From contig OZ220744.1 of the NCBI GenBank assembly GCA_965116925.1, forward strand, positions 2,592,001 through 2,656,000: a stretch of 64,000 bases of DNA, written 5' to 3'. Made by a program: the position numbers and the translations under genes. Positions 10,301-19,637 of the stretch are shown one piece after another (the stretch's first letter is position 1; every line of letters starts with the position of its first letter). A model generated the notes under the pieces. That model was given only the letters and a program-made list of their open reading frames with translations, did no database searches and was not told the DNA's origin. This stretch comes from Candidatus Poribacteria bacterium. Lineage in GTDB: Bacteria; Poribacteria; WGA-4E; PCPOR2b.

Positions 10301-11329
10301 ATGCAAGGGAGATACAATCTCGGACATTTGATTTTAGCTAGCGTTGTAGCGTTGGGTCTGACACTGCTGATGGTAGATGTTGACGCACAGGCACGGATTG
10401 CCTTTGTGTCTCATAGGGACGGAAACCCTGAAATCTACGTGATGGATGCTGATGGGGGTAATCCGCGTAGACTCACCAATCATCTCGCTGATGACCATTC
10501 ACCCTCATGGTCTCCTGACGGTAAACGGATTGCCTTCGTGTCTAAAGCTTTTGAGTCTGATAGAGATGGAGAGGTTCACTTTAGAGACGGTAGACCCACC
10601 TCTGAAATCTACGTGATGGGTGTCGATGGGGGCAATCCGCAAAACCTTACTCTGAACCCTGGTAGGGATTTCTCTCCCTCATGGTCCCCCGACGGTAAAC
10701 GTATTGCCTTCTCGTCTAATAGGGAGGGGCACTTTAACTATGAAATCTACGTGATGGGTGCCGATGGGGGCAATCCTCAAAGACTAACTAACGATCCTCA
10801 TGCCGACATCCAGCCCTCATGGTCGCCCGACGGTAGACGGATTGTCTTCAGTGCCCGTAGGGCTGGGCACTTTGAAACCAAGTTTTCGATTACTAACGAA
10901 ATCTATGTGATGGATGCCGATGGAAGTAATCAACAAAGACTCACTGAGAATCATAAGTATGACTGGGCTCCTGTATGGTCACCGGACGGCAAACGAATTG
11001 CCTTCCAGTCTGATAGGAAGGGGGACCTTCAAAATTTTGCAATCTATGTGATGGCTGCGGATGGGGGGAATGAACAAAGACTCACCAATCATCTCGTTTA
11101 TGATGGGTCTCCCTCATGGTCTCCCGACAGCAGACGTATTGCCTTCGTGTCTGATAGGGATGGGAACTATGAAATCTACGTGATGGACGCCGATGGGGGG
11201 AATCAGCGAAACATCACTAAGCATGGCAGTTGGGACCTTTCTCCTGCATGGTATACCCCCGCTCTTGCAGTTGCACCCGCAGGTAAGACACTCACAATGT
11301 GGGGGAGGCTCAAACAGGTTGACCGATAA
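10301..11329 (+). CDS. Secreted TolB-like/PD40 propeller, array gene 8
   Basis: Same architecture; tail [16 protein letters not shown]. Confidence 0.92.
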   Translation: MQGRYNLGHLILASVVALGLTLLMVDVDAQARIAFVSHRDGNPEIYVMDADGGNPRRLTNHLADDHSPSWSPDGKRIAFVSKAFESDRDGEVHFRDGRPTSEIYVMGVDGGNPQNLTLNPGRDFSPSWSPDGKRIAFSSNREGHFNYEIYVMGADGGNPQRLTNDPHADIQPSWSPDGRRIVFSARRAGHFETKFSITNEIYVMDADGSNQQRLTENHKYDWAPVWSPDGKRIAFQSDRKGDLQNFAIYVMAADGGNEQRLTNHLVYDGSPSWSPDSRRIAFVSDRDGNYEIYVMDADGGNQRNITKHGSWDLSPAWYTPALAVAPAGKTLTMWGRLKQVDR

Positions 11330-11391
11330 CTGCCATTATTGAGAGAATGGTGGTTAAAAAAAACGATTTGAAAACAGAGGAGGCAGGACAG

Positions 11392-12363
11392 GTGCAACGA
11401 AGAACCAATCTTGGACGTATGATTTTATCCATCGTTATGGTTTTAGTGCTGACATCGCTGATGGTGGTCGTTGACACACAGGCACAGATTGCCTTCGTGT
11501 CTAATAGGGATGGAAACTTTGAAATCTACGTGATGAACATCAATGGGAAGAATCAGCGAAGACTTACCAAGAACCGCGTCGGTGACTGGTCACCGTCATG
11601 GTCACCCGATGGTAAACAGATTGCCTTTGAGTCTGAGAGGGATGGGAACCGTGAAATCTATGTGATGGATGCAGCTGGGAAGAATCAGCGCAGACTCACT
11701 GACCATGACCCTAATGACTTGTTAGGATCATGGTCACCTGATGGTGGACACATCGTCTTTTCTTCGCTTGGCGAAATCTATGTGATGGACGCCGATGGTG
11801 GGAATCAACACAGACTCACCCAAAATGACCAGAATGACGCGAAGGACTATGCACCGTCATGGTCACCCGATGGTAATCGGATGGTCTTTTCGTCTGAGAG
11901 GGATGGGCACTTTAGAGAAGACGATGGAAACACGACTACTGAGATCTACGTGATGGACGCGGATGGGAAGAACCCTCAAAGACTCACTGACAATCGCGTT
12001 GATGACTGGTCACCGTCATGGTCACCCGATGGTAATCGGATTGTCTTCCAGTCTAAGAAGGATGGGAACTGGGAAATCTATGTGATGGACGCGGCTGGGA
12101 AGAATCAGCGCAGACTCACCAAGAGCCGCCTTGATGACTGTTGTCCCTCATGGTCTCCTGATGGCAAGCGTATTGCCTTTAATTCCTTTAGGGGTGGGAC
12201 CAGTGACATCTACGTGATGGATGCCGATGGGGATAATCAGCGAAACCTCACTAAACATGACAGTTGGGACCTTTATCCTGCATGGTATACCCCTCCTCTT
12301 GCGGTTGCACCCGCAGGAAAGAAGCTCACAATCTGGGGGTGGCTCAAGCAGGTTGACCGATAG
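11392..12363 (+). CDS. Secreted TolB-like/PD40 propeller, array gene 9
   Basis: GTG start at 11392 after AGGAGG, aligned with paralog starts; tail AVAPAGKKLTIWGWLK. Confidence 0.9.
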   Translation: MQRRTNLGRMILSIVMVLVLTSLMVVVDTQAQIAFVSNRDGNFEIYVMNINGKNQRRLTKNRVGDWSPSWSPDGKQIAFESERDGNREIYVMDAAGKNQRRLTDHDPNDLLGSWSPDGGHIVFSSLGEIYVMDADGGNQHRLTQNDQNDAKDYAPSWSPDGNRMVFSSERDGHFREDDGNTTTEIYVMDADGKNPQRLTDNRVDDWSPSWSPDGNRIVFQSKKDGNWEIYVMDAAGKNQRRLTKSRLDDCCPSWSPDGKRIAFNSFRGGTSDIYVMDADGDNQRNLTKHDSWDLYPAWYTPPLAVAPAGKKLTIWGWLKQVDR

Positions 12364-12430
12364 CTTCCATTATTGAGAGAACGGTGTTTAAGGATAAAAA
12401 ACTGATCTGAAAACAGAGGAGGGAAGACAG

Positions 12431-13399
12431 ATGAAACGACGAGACAATCTCGCATATTTCCTTTTGGCTGGCGTGTTAGTCTTGGGTCTGACACCGCTGA
12501 TGGTAGTGGTTGATGCGCAGGCACAAATTGCCTTCACATCGAATAGGGATGGAAACTTTGAAATCTACGTGATGAGCATCAATGGGAAGAATCAGCGAAG
12601 ACTCACCAAAAACCGCGGCGACGACTGGTCACCGTCATGGTCCCCCGATGGCAAGCGCATTGTTTTTAGTTCGGGACAAGATGGGAACCGTGAAATCTAT
12701 GTGATGGATGCCGATGGAGGGAATCAACTAAACCTCACTAACAGTCCCCAGGGTGACTATTCGCCGTCATGGTCACCCGATGGTCAACGCATTGTCTTTT
12801 CTTCCGCCCGTGAAATCTATGTGATGGACGCCGATGGGGGGAATCAACAGCGCCTCACCCAAGATGACCATAAGGGTTATTCACCGTCATGGTCACCCGA
12901 TGGTAAGCGGATCGTCTTCTCGTCTCAGAGGCAGGGACACTTTATAGATGACCTTGGAAACGTCACTAATGAAATCTATGTGATGGACGCCGACGGAGGT
13001 AATGAACAAAGGCTGACTGAAAATCGTGATGAGGACGGGTCACCGTCATGGTCACCCGACGGTCAACGGATTGCCTTCTCGTCTTGGAAGCCTAGGAGCT
13101 GGAACAGCCTTGAAATCTACGTGATGGATACCGATGGGAAGAATAAGCGTAGACTCACCAAGAATAACCATCCTGACGATTCGCCGTCATGGTCCCCTGA
13201 TGGTGAACGTATTGTCTTTGATTCCAGTAGGGATGGGAACACTGAAATCTATATGATGGACGCCGATGGGGGTAAGCAGCGAAGACGCACTCAACATGGT
13301 AGTTATGACGGTGCTCCTGCATGGTTTCGTCCTGCGCTTGCAGTCGCTCCTGTAGGTAGAAAAATCACGATGTGGGGTTGGTTCAAGGTTGACCGATAA
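12431..13399 (+). CDS. Secreted TolB-like/PD40 propeller, array gene 10
   Basis: Same architecture; tail [16 protein letters not shown]. Confidence 0.92.
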   Translation: MKRRDNLAYFLLAGVLVLGLTPLMVVVDAQAQIAFTSNRDGNFEIYVMSINGKNQRRLTKNRGDDWSPSWSPDGKRIVFSSGQDGNREIYVMDADGGNQLNLTNSPQGDYSPSWSPDGQRIVFSSAREIYVMDADGGNQQRLTQDDHKGYSPSWSPDGKRIVFSSQRQGHFIDDLGNVTNEIYVMDADGGNEQRLTENRDEDGSPSWSPDGQRIAFSSWKPRSWNSLEIYVMDTDGKNKRRLTKNNHPDDSPSWSPDGERIVFDSSRDGNTEIYMMDADGGKQRRRTQHGSYDGAPAWFRPALAVAPVGRKITMWGWFKVDR

Positions 13400-13464
13400 C
13401 TGCCATTATTGAGAGAACGGTATTGAAGGAAAAAACCGATTTGAAAACAGAGGAGGCAGGACAG

Positions 13465-14412
13465 GTGCAACGAAGAACCAATCTTGGACGTATGATTTTA
13501 TCCATCGTTATGGTTTTAGTGCTGACATCGCTGATGGTGGTCGTTGAGGTACAGGCACAGATTGCCTTCGTGTCTAATAGGGATGGAAACTTTGAAATCT
13601 ACGTGATGAACATCAATGGGAAGAATCAGCGAAGACTTACCGATAATCCCGCTGGGGACTATGAACCGTCATGGTCCCCCGATGGTAAACAGATTGCCTT
13701 CGTGTCTACTATGCATGGGATCCATGAAATCTATGTGATGGACGCGGATGGGAAGAATCCTCAGAGACTCACCAAAAACCGCCTTGATGACCAGTCACCC
13801 TCATGGTCTCCTGATGGCAAGCGTATTGCCTTTACTTCCTTTAGAGATGGAACCAGTGACATCTACGTGATGGACGCCGATGGGGAGAATCAACATAGAC
13901 TTACTGACAATCGCGTTGATGACCAGGCACCGTCATGGTCACCCGCTGGTAATCGAATTGTCTTCCAGTCTGAGAGGAACGGAAGGTGGGAAATCTATGT
14001 GATGGACGCGGATGGGAAGAATCCTCAGAGACTCACCAAAAACCGCCTTGATGACCAGTCACCCTCATGGTCTCCTGATGGCAAGCGTATTGCCTTCACT
14101 TCCTTTAGGGGTGGGACCAATGACATCTACGTGATGGACGCCGATGGGGGCAACCAACTAAATCTCACTAACAATCCCAATCATGACCAGTCACCCTCAT
14201 GGTCTCCTGATGGCAAGCGTATTGCCTTTACTTCCTTTAGGGATGGAACCAGTGACATCTACGTGATGGACGCTGATGGGGATAATCAGCGAAATCTCAC
14301 TAAACATGGTGGTCATGACCGTGCTCCTGCATGGTATACCCCTGCGCTTGCAGTTGCACCCGCAGGTAAGACACTCACAACGTGGGGTTGGCTCAAACAG
14401 GTTGACCGATAG
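13465..14412 (+). CDS. Secreted TolB-like/PD40 propeller, array gene 11
   Basis: GTG start at 13465 after AGGAGG; tail [16 protein letters not shown]. Confidence 0.9.
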   Translation: MQRRTNLGRMILSIVMVLVLTSLMVVVEVQAQIAFVSNRDGNFEIYVMNINGKNQRRLTDNPAGDYEPSWSPDGKQIAFVSTMHGIHEIYVMDADGKNPQRLTKNRLDDQSPSWSPDGKRIAFTSFRDGTSDIYVMDADGENQHRLTDNRVDDQAPSWSPAGNRIVFQSERNGRWEIYVMDADGKNPQRLTKNRLDDQSPSWSPDGKRIAFTSFRGGTNDIYVMDADGGNQLNLTNNPNHDQSPSWSPDGKRIAFTSFRDGTSDIYVMDADGDNQRNLTKHGGHDRAPAWYTPALAVAPAGKTLTTWGWLKQVDR

Positions 14413-14479
14413 CTTCCATTATTGAGAAAACGGTGTTCAACGACAAAAAACCGATTTGAGAACAGTGGAGGAAAGACAG

Positions 14480-15427
14480 ATGCAGCGGAGAACCAATCTG
14501 ACACCTTTGATTTTAGCTGTCGTTGTAGCGTTGGGTCTGACACCACTGATGGCAGTCGTTGAAGTACAGGCACAGATTGTCTTCGTGTCTAATAGGGATG
14601 GGAACCCTGAAATCTACGTGATGGATACCGATGGTGGTAATCAGCGTAGACTCACTAATAATCCCCAGTATGATGGGTCTCCCTCATGGTCGCCGGACGG
14701 TAAACGCATTGCCTTCACGTCTGAGAGGAATGGGAACCAAGAAATCTACGTGATGGACGCCGATGGAGGGAATCTACGAAAACTCACTAAAAATCCCAAA
14801 CATGACTGGTCTCCCTCATGGTCACCCGACGGCAAACGGATTGCCTTCGTGTCTCTTAGAGGCGGGCTCCCTGAAATCTACGTGATGGACGCCGACGGGG
14901 GTAATGAACAAAGACTTACTCAAAATCTCTCTGATGATCAGTACCCCTCATGGTCTCCTGACGGTAAACAGGTTGCCTTCTCGTCTAATAGGGATGGGAA
15001 CTATGAAATTTACGTGATGGACGCCGATGGGGGAAATCAACAAAGACTTACGAAAAGTATAAAGAATGACCTGTCTCCCTCATGGTCTCCTGACGGCAAA
15101 CGGATTGCCTTCAGTTCCCGTAGGGATGGGAACAGTGACATCTACGTGATGGACGCCGATGGAGGGAATCTACGAAAACTCACTAAAAATCCCGTTGATG
15201 GTCGGTCTCCCTCATGGTCACCCGACGGTGAACGGATTGCCTTCGTGTCTGAGAGGCTTGGGAACAGTGACATCTACGTGATGGACGCTGACGGGGGGAA
15301 TCTACGAAGACTCACCAATAATCGCCATGATGATACTAATTCTGCATGGCTGAACTCTGCGTTTTCGATTTCTCCCGCCGGCAAAAAGTTTATAATGTGG
15401 GGGCGACTCAAGGAGGTCAACCGATAA
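14480..15427 (+). CDS. Secreted TolB-like/PD40 propeller, array gene 12
   Basis: Start ATG 14480 after GGAGG; tail SISPAGKKFIMWGRLK. Confidence 0.92.
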   Translation: MQRRTNLTPLILAVVVALGLTPLMAVVEVQAQIVFVSNRDGNPEIYVMDTDGGNQRRLTNNPQYDGSPSWSPDGKRIAFTSERNGNQEIYVMDADGGNLRKLTKNPKHDWSPSWSPDGKRIAFVSLRGGLPEIYVMDADGGNEQRLTQNLSDDQYPSWSPDGKQVAFSSNRDGNYEIYVMDADGGNQQRLTKSIKNDLSPSWSPDGKRIAFSSRRDGNSDIYVMDADGGNLRKLTKNPVDGRSPSWSPDGERIAFVSERLGNSDIYVMDADGGNLRRLTNNRHDDTNSAWLNSAFSISPAGKKFIMWGRLKEVNR

Positions 15428-15463
15428 CTGCCACTGTTGAGAGGACAGCGTTTGTTGAGTCAA

Positions 15464-15564
15464 CTGTAGGTCGAGATTCATATCTCGACATCTTCCTGCC
15501 ATGGTCATCCCGATATATCGGGATGACCACGAAAGACTGTCGATTTTGGAAAATCGACCTACAG
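15464..15564. repeat. REPIN-like inverted REP pair enclosing a 28-nt perfect palindrome; possible bidirectional terminator
   Basis: CTGTAGGTCGA...TCGACCTACAG around TGGTCATCCCGATA/TATCGGGATGACCA (15502-15529), between convergent genes. Confidence 0.7.
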
Positions 15565-15582
15565 AAATCTATGTAACCGTCC

Positions 15583-16632
15583 TTAAAGAGGTAGCTCTAC
15601 CCTCCGTCCTTCTTGGCTCGATTTGTAGATGGCGAGGATAATCTCGACCGCTTTGCGCCCCTCACGTCCATCAACGAGATGGGGCGTCCCGTTTTCGATG
15701 GCGTTGATGAAGTTTTGCATCTGTAGACGATGATTCTCATGACTGATGGCGCGAGGATCTGCAGCACCGCCCCCGCCTGACCGCGTCTCTGCGAATTGCT
15801 CACGGATTTCGGCATCTTCGGGCAGATCTGGATCAAACTCCCACCGGATAATGTCTTCATCTTCGAGGGTAACAGTGCCTTTATTGCCGGAGATTTCGAG
15901 TTTCTTTAAGAGACCGGGGTAGACGGTTGTGGTGCCTTCGATCACGCCCAACGCACCATTCTCAAAACGGAGTGCTGCAACGGCGACATCTTCGACCTCT
16001 ATACGTTCGTGGGTCATTGTGTCGGTAAAGGCTTGGACGGCTTTTACGGGGCCCATGAAGTATTGGAGGAGATCAATGGCGTGGATCGACTGGTTCATTA
16101 ACGCGCCGCCGCCGTCGAGTGCCCATGTGCCGCGCCACCCGCCACTGTCGTAATACTCCTGTGTGCGAAACCATTTGATATAGGCATCGCCCAAGGTAAG
16201 TACGCCGAAACGACCGCTCTCGATGGTTTTCTTGACCAGTTGGCTGCCTTCTGTGAACCGCGAGTTGAAGATTGCACATAGACGCACGTCTGACTCGTCG
16301 CACGCTTGGATGATGTCGTCGCAGCGGTCAAGGGTGATTTCGAGCGGTTTTTCGACGATGACATGCTTCCCTGCTCTTGCCGCAGCGACCGCTGGATCTC
16401 GATGTGCGCCGCTTGGCGTGCAGATGGAAACGACATCCAGATCGGGACGTTTTAGCATCTCATTGTAGTCGGGATACGAGTCCACATTGTAGCGATCCGC
16501 CACCCGTCTTGCGTTTTCTTCGTTCCTTGAGCTGACAGCGACCAATTTTCCACCCTCAAGTTCTGCAATCGCCGCTGAGTGAAAATCGGAGATCATGCCG
16601 CAGCCGATAATTCCAAATCCGTAAGTTTTCAT
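15583..16632 (-). CDS. Gfo/Idh/MocA family oxidoreductase
   Basis: GIIGCGMI Rossmann motif, VEKP, GGGALMNQSIHAID. Confidence 0.93.
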   Translation of the reverse strand: MKTYGFGIIGCGMISDFHSAAIAELEGGKLVAVSSRNEENARRVADRYNVDSYPDYNEMLKRPDLDVVSICTPSGAHRDPAVAAARAGKHVIVEKPLEITLDRCDDIIQACDESDVRLCAIFNSRFTEGSQLVKKTIESGRFGVLTLGDAYIKWFRTQEYYDSGGWRGTWALDGGGALMNQSIHAIDLLQYFMGPVKAVQAFTDTMTHERIEVEDVAVAALRFENGALGVIEGTTTVYPGLLKKLEISGNKGTVTLEDEDIIRWEFDPDLPEDAEIREQFAETRSGGGGAADPRAISHENHRLQMQNFINAIENGTPHLVDGREGRKAVEIILAIYKSSQEGRRVELPL

Positions 16633-16678
16633 AAGGTAGTAACGCCTCCCTCCGATAATGTTGAATTATGACGACGCC

Positions 16679-16707
16679 ATTATATATCCGCATTAGGTGT
16701 GTGTCAA
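16679..16707 (-). promoter_or_regulatory. Sigma70 promoter
   Basis: TTGACA-N17-TATAAT on the minus strand upstream of the Gfo gene. Confidence 0.85.
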
Positions 16708-16892
16708 GTTCAAAGCTGCCCCATAGGAACGCGCAATGAATTGCGCTACTACAAACGGGGAGGCAACATGCCCCGCCTACGGATTTGATCCATCCCGAAA
16801 TCTGTCAAAACGCGAAAAACTAAATGGTCATACTACATTGTCATATAAATGTAGCGCAAACTGTTAGTTTGCGGGTTTGGCTCACAATCTAA

Positions 16893-17009
16893 ATGAAGAT
16901 TAAAAAAATAATTCGGTAATTTGCTAGCGACACCGGCGCGGTTGAAAACCGCGCCTACCGTGTGTTTGGAGGCAAATCGGGATTACCGATTTAAATACTT
17001 AAACTTCAT
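16893..17009. mobile_element. MITE-like element with ~27-bp imperfect TIRs around a REP core
   Basis: ATGAAGATTAA...TCGGTAAT / ATTACCGA...TTAAACTTCAT enclosing GGCGCGGTTGAAAACCGCGCCTAC. Confidence 0.6.
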
Positions 17010-17211
17010 ACAGATTGTGGTACAAAAGCCTCCTTTAGATACTTCCCCCACAAACCGACTTGGCTATGGCTATCCAAGCCAAGCGATGAGTGCCTTATCA
17101 TGATTTATTTGACGGAGCACTACCTTCCTCATTTTTTGATAGTATTCCCCATCCGATTTGTGATAAAATTCTTTTCGCATATTTGATATAACAGATTGTT
17201 GGAGAATATAC

Positions 17212-18432
17212 ATGAACGAAGCGATTCAACACGCCCGCGAAGTGGCGTTGGGCATTTTGAAACCGAGTCCGCGTGATATAGAACACGGTATGGAGCTCCA
17301 CCAGAACTCGATTGTCTGTGATTCGTACGGGTTTGCACCCCGTGCGGCTGTTGATGGGGAGGCTGTGGCAGCGGCTATCGAAGCCGGTGCGTCGGAGGTC
17401 GAGGTTCGGGACATGATGGAGGATATGTCGATGACCCGATTTGTCATCGACGAGCGGGAGCGGAAGGAGTTTATGGCGGCGTGGGCAGCCGCGGGGGTGA
17501 CCTGTATTGTGCAGAACGCGGGGGAGGAGGGGCAATCAGCACTCCGTCTTGTCAAACGTTTGGCGCGTTTCACTTACACTACAGACATGATGCGTGACTT
17601 TATCCAGAAAGCGGTTACGCCAGATGATATTGTCGCTGCGAAGGAGCAAAATAGGCACTGCCTCTATTTCAGCGGAAATGGTGTTCCCTTGCCTCAAGAC
17701 TGGGTATCGGTCGAGGAGGAGATGCGGTATATCCGAATCTTTTTCCAACTCGGTATCCGTATCATGCACCTTACTTACAATCGGCGTAACATGATTGGTG
17801 ATGGCTGTGCGGAACCGGCGAACGGGGGGTTAAGTGACTTCGGTAGGGCGGTTGTTGCGGAGATGAATCGGGTCGGTGTGATTGTGGATGTGGCGCATTC
17901 TGGTTGGCAAACGAGTCTTGAAGCGGCACAGGTGTCGGCGCGTCCGATGGTAGCGAGTCATTCTGGGGCTTGTGCGGTGAACGTGCATGATCGGTGTAAG
18001 CCGGACGAGGTGATCCGTGCGATTGCCGACACCGGCGGTTATATTGGGATCTGTGCGATTCCTGCGTTTTTGGGCGGCAGCGGTGACATCAGCGCGTTGC
18101 TAGCGCATGTCGATTATGTTGCCAAGACTTTTGGTGTAGACCATGTTGCGATTGGAACGGATGTGGCTTATATCTCCTCTGCAAGCCGAGAAGCGCAGCG
18201 ACACATTCCGAAACGGGGTGCAGGGCGCAAGCGGTGGGAGTATTTCTGGAACCCCAACGATCCGATGTTTTCGCCGCAGTTCCAGCAGCCGAATCAGAAA
18301 CAGAGTTTGGCATGGACGAATTGGCCCCTTTTTACGATCGGGCTTGTTCAGCGTGGGTATTCGGATAGCGACATCCAGAAAATTCTTAGCGGGAATGTGC
18401 TTCGGGTTGCGCGTGCGGTGTTGGTTCATTAG
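17212..18432 (+). CDS. Membrane dipeptidase (M19) family amidohydrolase
   Basis: HLTYNRRNMIGDG, GLSDFG, MNRVGVIVDVAH, ASHS, GVDHVAIGTD, KILSGNVLRV. Confidence 0.9.
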   Translation: MNEAIQHAREVALGILKPSPRDIEHGMELHQNSIVCDSYGFAPRAAVDGEAVAAAIEAGASEVEVRDMMEDMSMTRFVIDERERKEFMAAWAAAGVTCIVQNAGEEGQSALRLVKRLARFTYTTDMMRDFIQKAVTPDDIVAAKEQNRHCLYFSGNGVPLPQDWVSVEEEMRYIRIFFQLGIRIMHLTYNRRNMIGDGCAEPANGGLSDFGRAVVAEMNRVGVIVDVAHSGWQTSLEAAQVSARPMVASHSGACAVNVHDRCKPDEVIRAIADTGGYIGICAIPAFLGGSGDISALLAHVDYVAKTFGVDHVAIGTDVAYISSASREAQRHIPKRGAGRKRWEYFWNPNDPMFSPQFQQPNQKQSLAWTNWPLFTIGLVQRGYSDSDIQKILSGNVLRVARAVLVH

Positions 18433-18500
18433 TTCATTGGTTCATGTGTGTTGGGTTTCACTATCGTTCAACCCAACCTACGATGCTAATGGGAGGTATA

Positions 18501-19565
18501 ATGAGGAAACCGATTCGTTTGGGGTTGATTGGCTGTGGCGGGATTGTCCAACTGGTACACGCCCGCGCGTATCTGTCCTTGCCAGATGCCGTTAAGGTGG
18601 TTGCGTTGGCGGATGTGCTTGAGGAGAATCGAGAGCAGGTCGGTCAAACCTTTGCTGTACCGCCCGATCAGCGGTATGCCGATTACCGGGAGATGTTGGC
18701 AAAAGCCGAAATTGATGCGGTGACGGTTGCCACGCCGCATTTTCTTCACGCCGAACATGCTATCGAAGCGGCATCGGCAGGAGTGGCGGTCATATCTGAA
18801 AAACCGATGGCGACCTCATTGGCGGAGGCAGATACAATTCTCCATGCTGTTGAGCGCAACAATGTGCCTTACGGCATTGTGCACAACTATCTCTACACAC
18901 TTGCGATGCAGGAGGGATTTGTTCAACGTGCTAAGTTGGGAGCGTCGATTTTTGGTCGGGCTGCAGGGATGGGACTTAAACCGGCGGATTTCTCAACTGA
19001 GCATTCAGACCCCGCCCAAGCGTGGCGCGCGAGTAAAGCGAAAGGCGGGGGATGTATCGGTGACTCCTCATATCACGAGATCTATTCGGTGAGCGCGCTG
19101 ATGGATTCCCCGGTGCGATATGTCGAAGCACGAGTCAAGACTTTGAGTATTGATGTCGATGTCGATGATATTGCGATGCTGCTCTGTGAACATGAAGACG
19201 GTGCGGTGTCTACGGTATCTAGCGCGTGGTGCGTTCCTGACCTTGATACCGGTTGGTGCGAGGTCCATGCGAGCGATGGTTCGCTCCGGATTAGGCATCG
19301 GAAGAATACTCCCGATTCACTGATGCGTTATACTAGAGAGGAAGACTGGCAACACCTCGAAATTCCCGGTCGGTCGGATCCGGGGTTTAACGATCCTTCT
19401 GGGCATGTCGGATTTTTTGCTGCGACGTTTGATGCGCTTGCGACCGGTTCGGAGTTGCCAATTTCAGGGGAAGATGGAAGACACAATCTGGCGATTATTG
19501 AAGCGGCGCGGCTGGCGACTGAACGAAGACAGGCAATTGATTTGGAATCCCTCAAGAGAGCTTGA
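18501..19565 (+). CDS. Gfo/Idh/MocA family oxidoreductase
   Basis: GLIGCGGI, ATPHFLH, SEKPMA; start ATG 18501 after GGAGG. Confidence 0.9.
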   Translation: MRKPIRLGLIGCGGIVQLVHARAYLSLPDAVKVVALADVLEENREQVGQTFAVPPDQRYADYREMLAKAEIDAVTVATPHFLHAEHAIEAASAGVAVISEKPMATSLAEADTILHAVERNNVPYGIVHNYLYTLAMQEGFVQRAKLGASIFGRAAGMGLKPADFSTEHSDPAQAWRASKAKGGGCIGDSSYHEIYSVSALMDSPVRYVEARVKTLSIDVDVDDIAMLLCEHEDGAVSTVSSAWCVPDLDTGWCEVHASDGSLRIRHRKNTPDSLMRYTREEDWQHLEIPGRSDPGFNDPSGHVGFFAATFDALATGSELPISGEDGRHNLAIIEAARLATERRQAIDLESLKRA

Positions 19566-19637
19566 TTGAACGGGGAGGCAGGTGCGGGCGGGGGAACCCC
19601 GCCCCTACGGTTTCTTTGGCGTGAGGGAGGGAGGAAT

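Noticed and set aside
3829..14479. Array spacers as integron attC sites
   Set aside because: No RYYYAAC/GTTRRRY pair bounding a long palindrome, no integrase in the window, and the cassettes are all paralogs
3582..14573. Recurring antisense ORFs ([10 protein letters not shown]..., IGIHHVDF...)
   Set aside because: Shadows of the conserved plus-strand repeats; inconsistent starts and lengths
2857..15427. CRISPR array or DGR explanation for the periodic repeats
   Set aside because: The repeats are in-frame ~132-nt coding units; no cas or reverse transcriptase, and no adenine-specific template/variable pair seen
2857..15427. Calling these genes tolB, or Tat substrates
   Set aside because: They lack the TolB N-domain and tol-pal context; the RR pair is missing in several (MHRG, MQWR, MQGR, MHRK) and there is no RRxFL consensus
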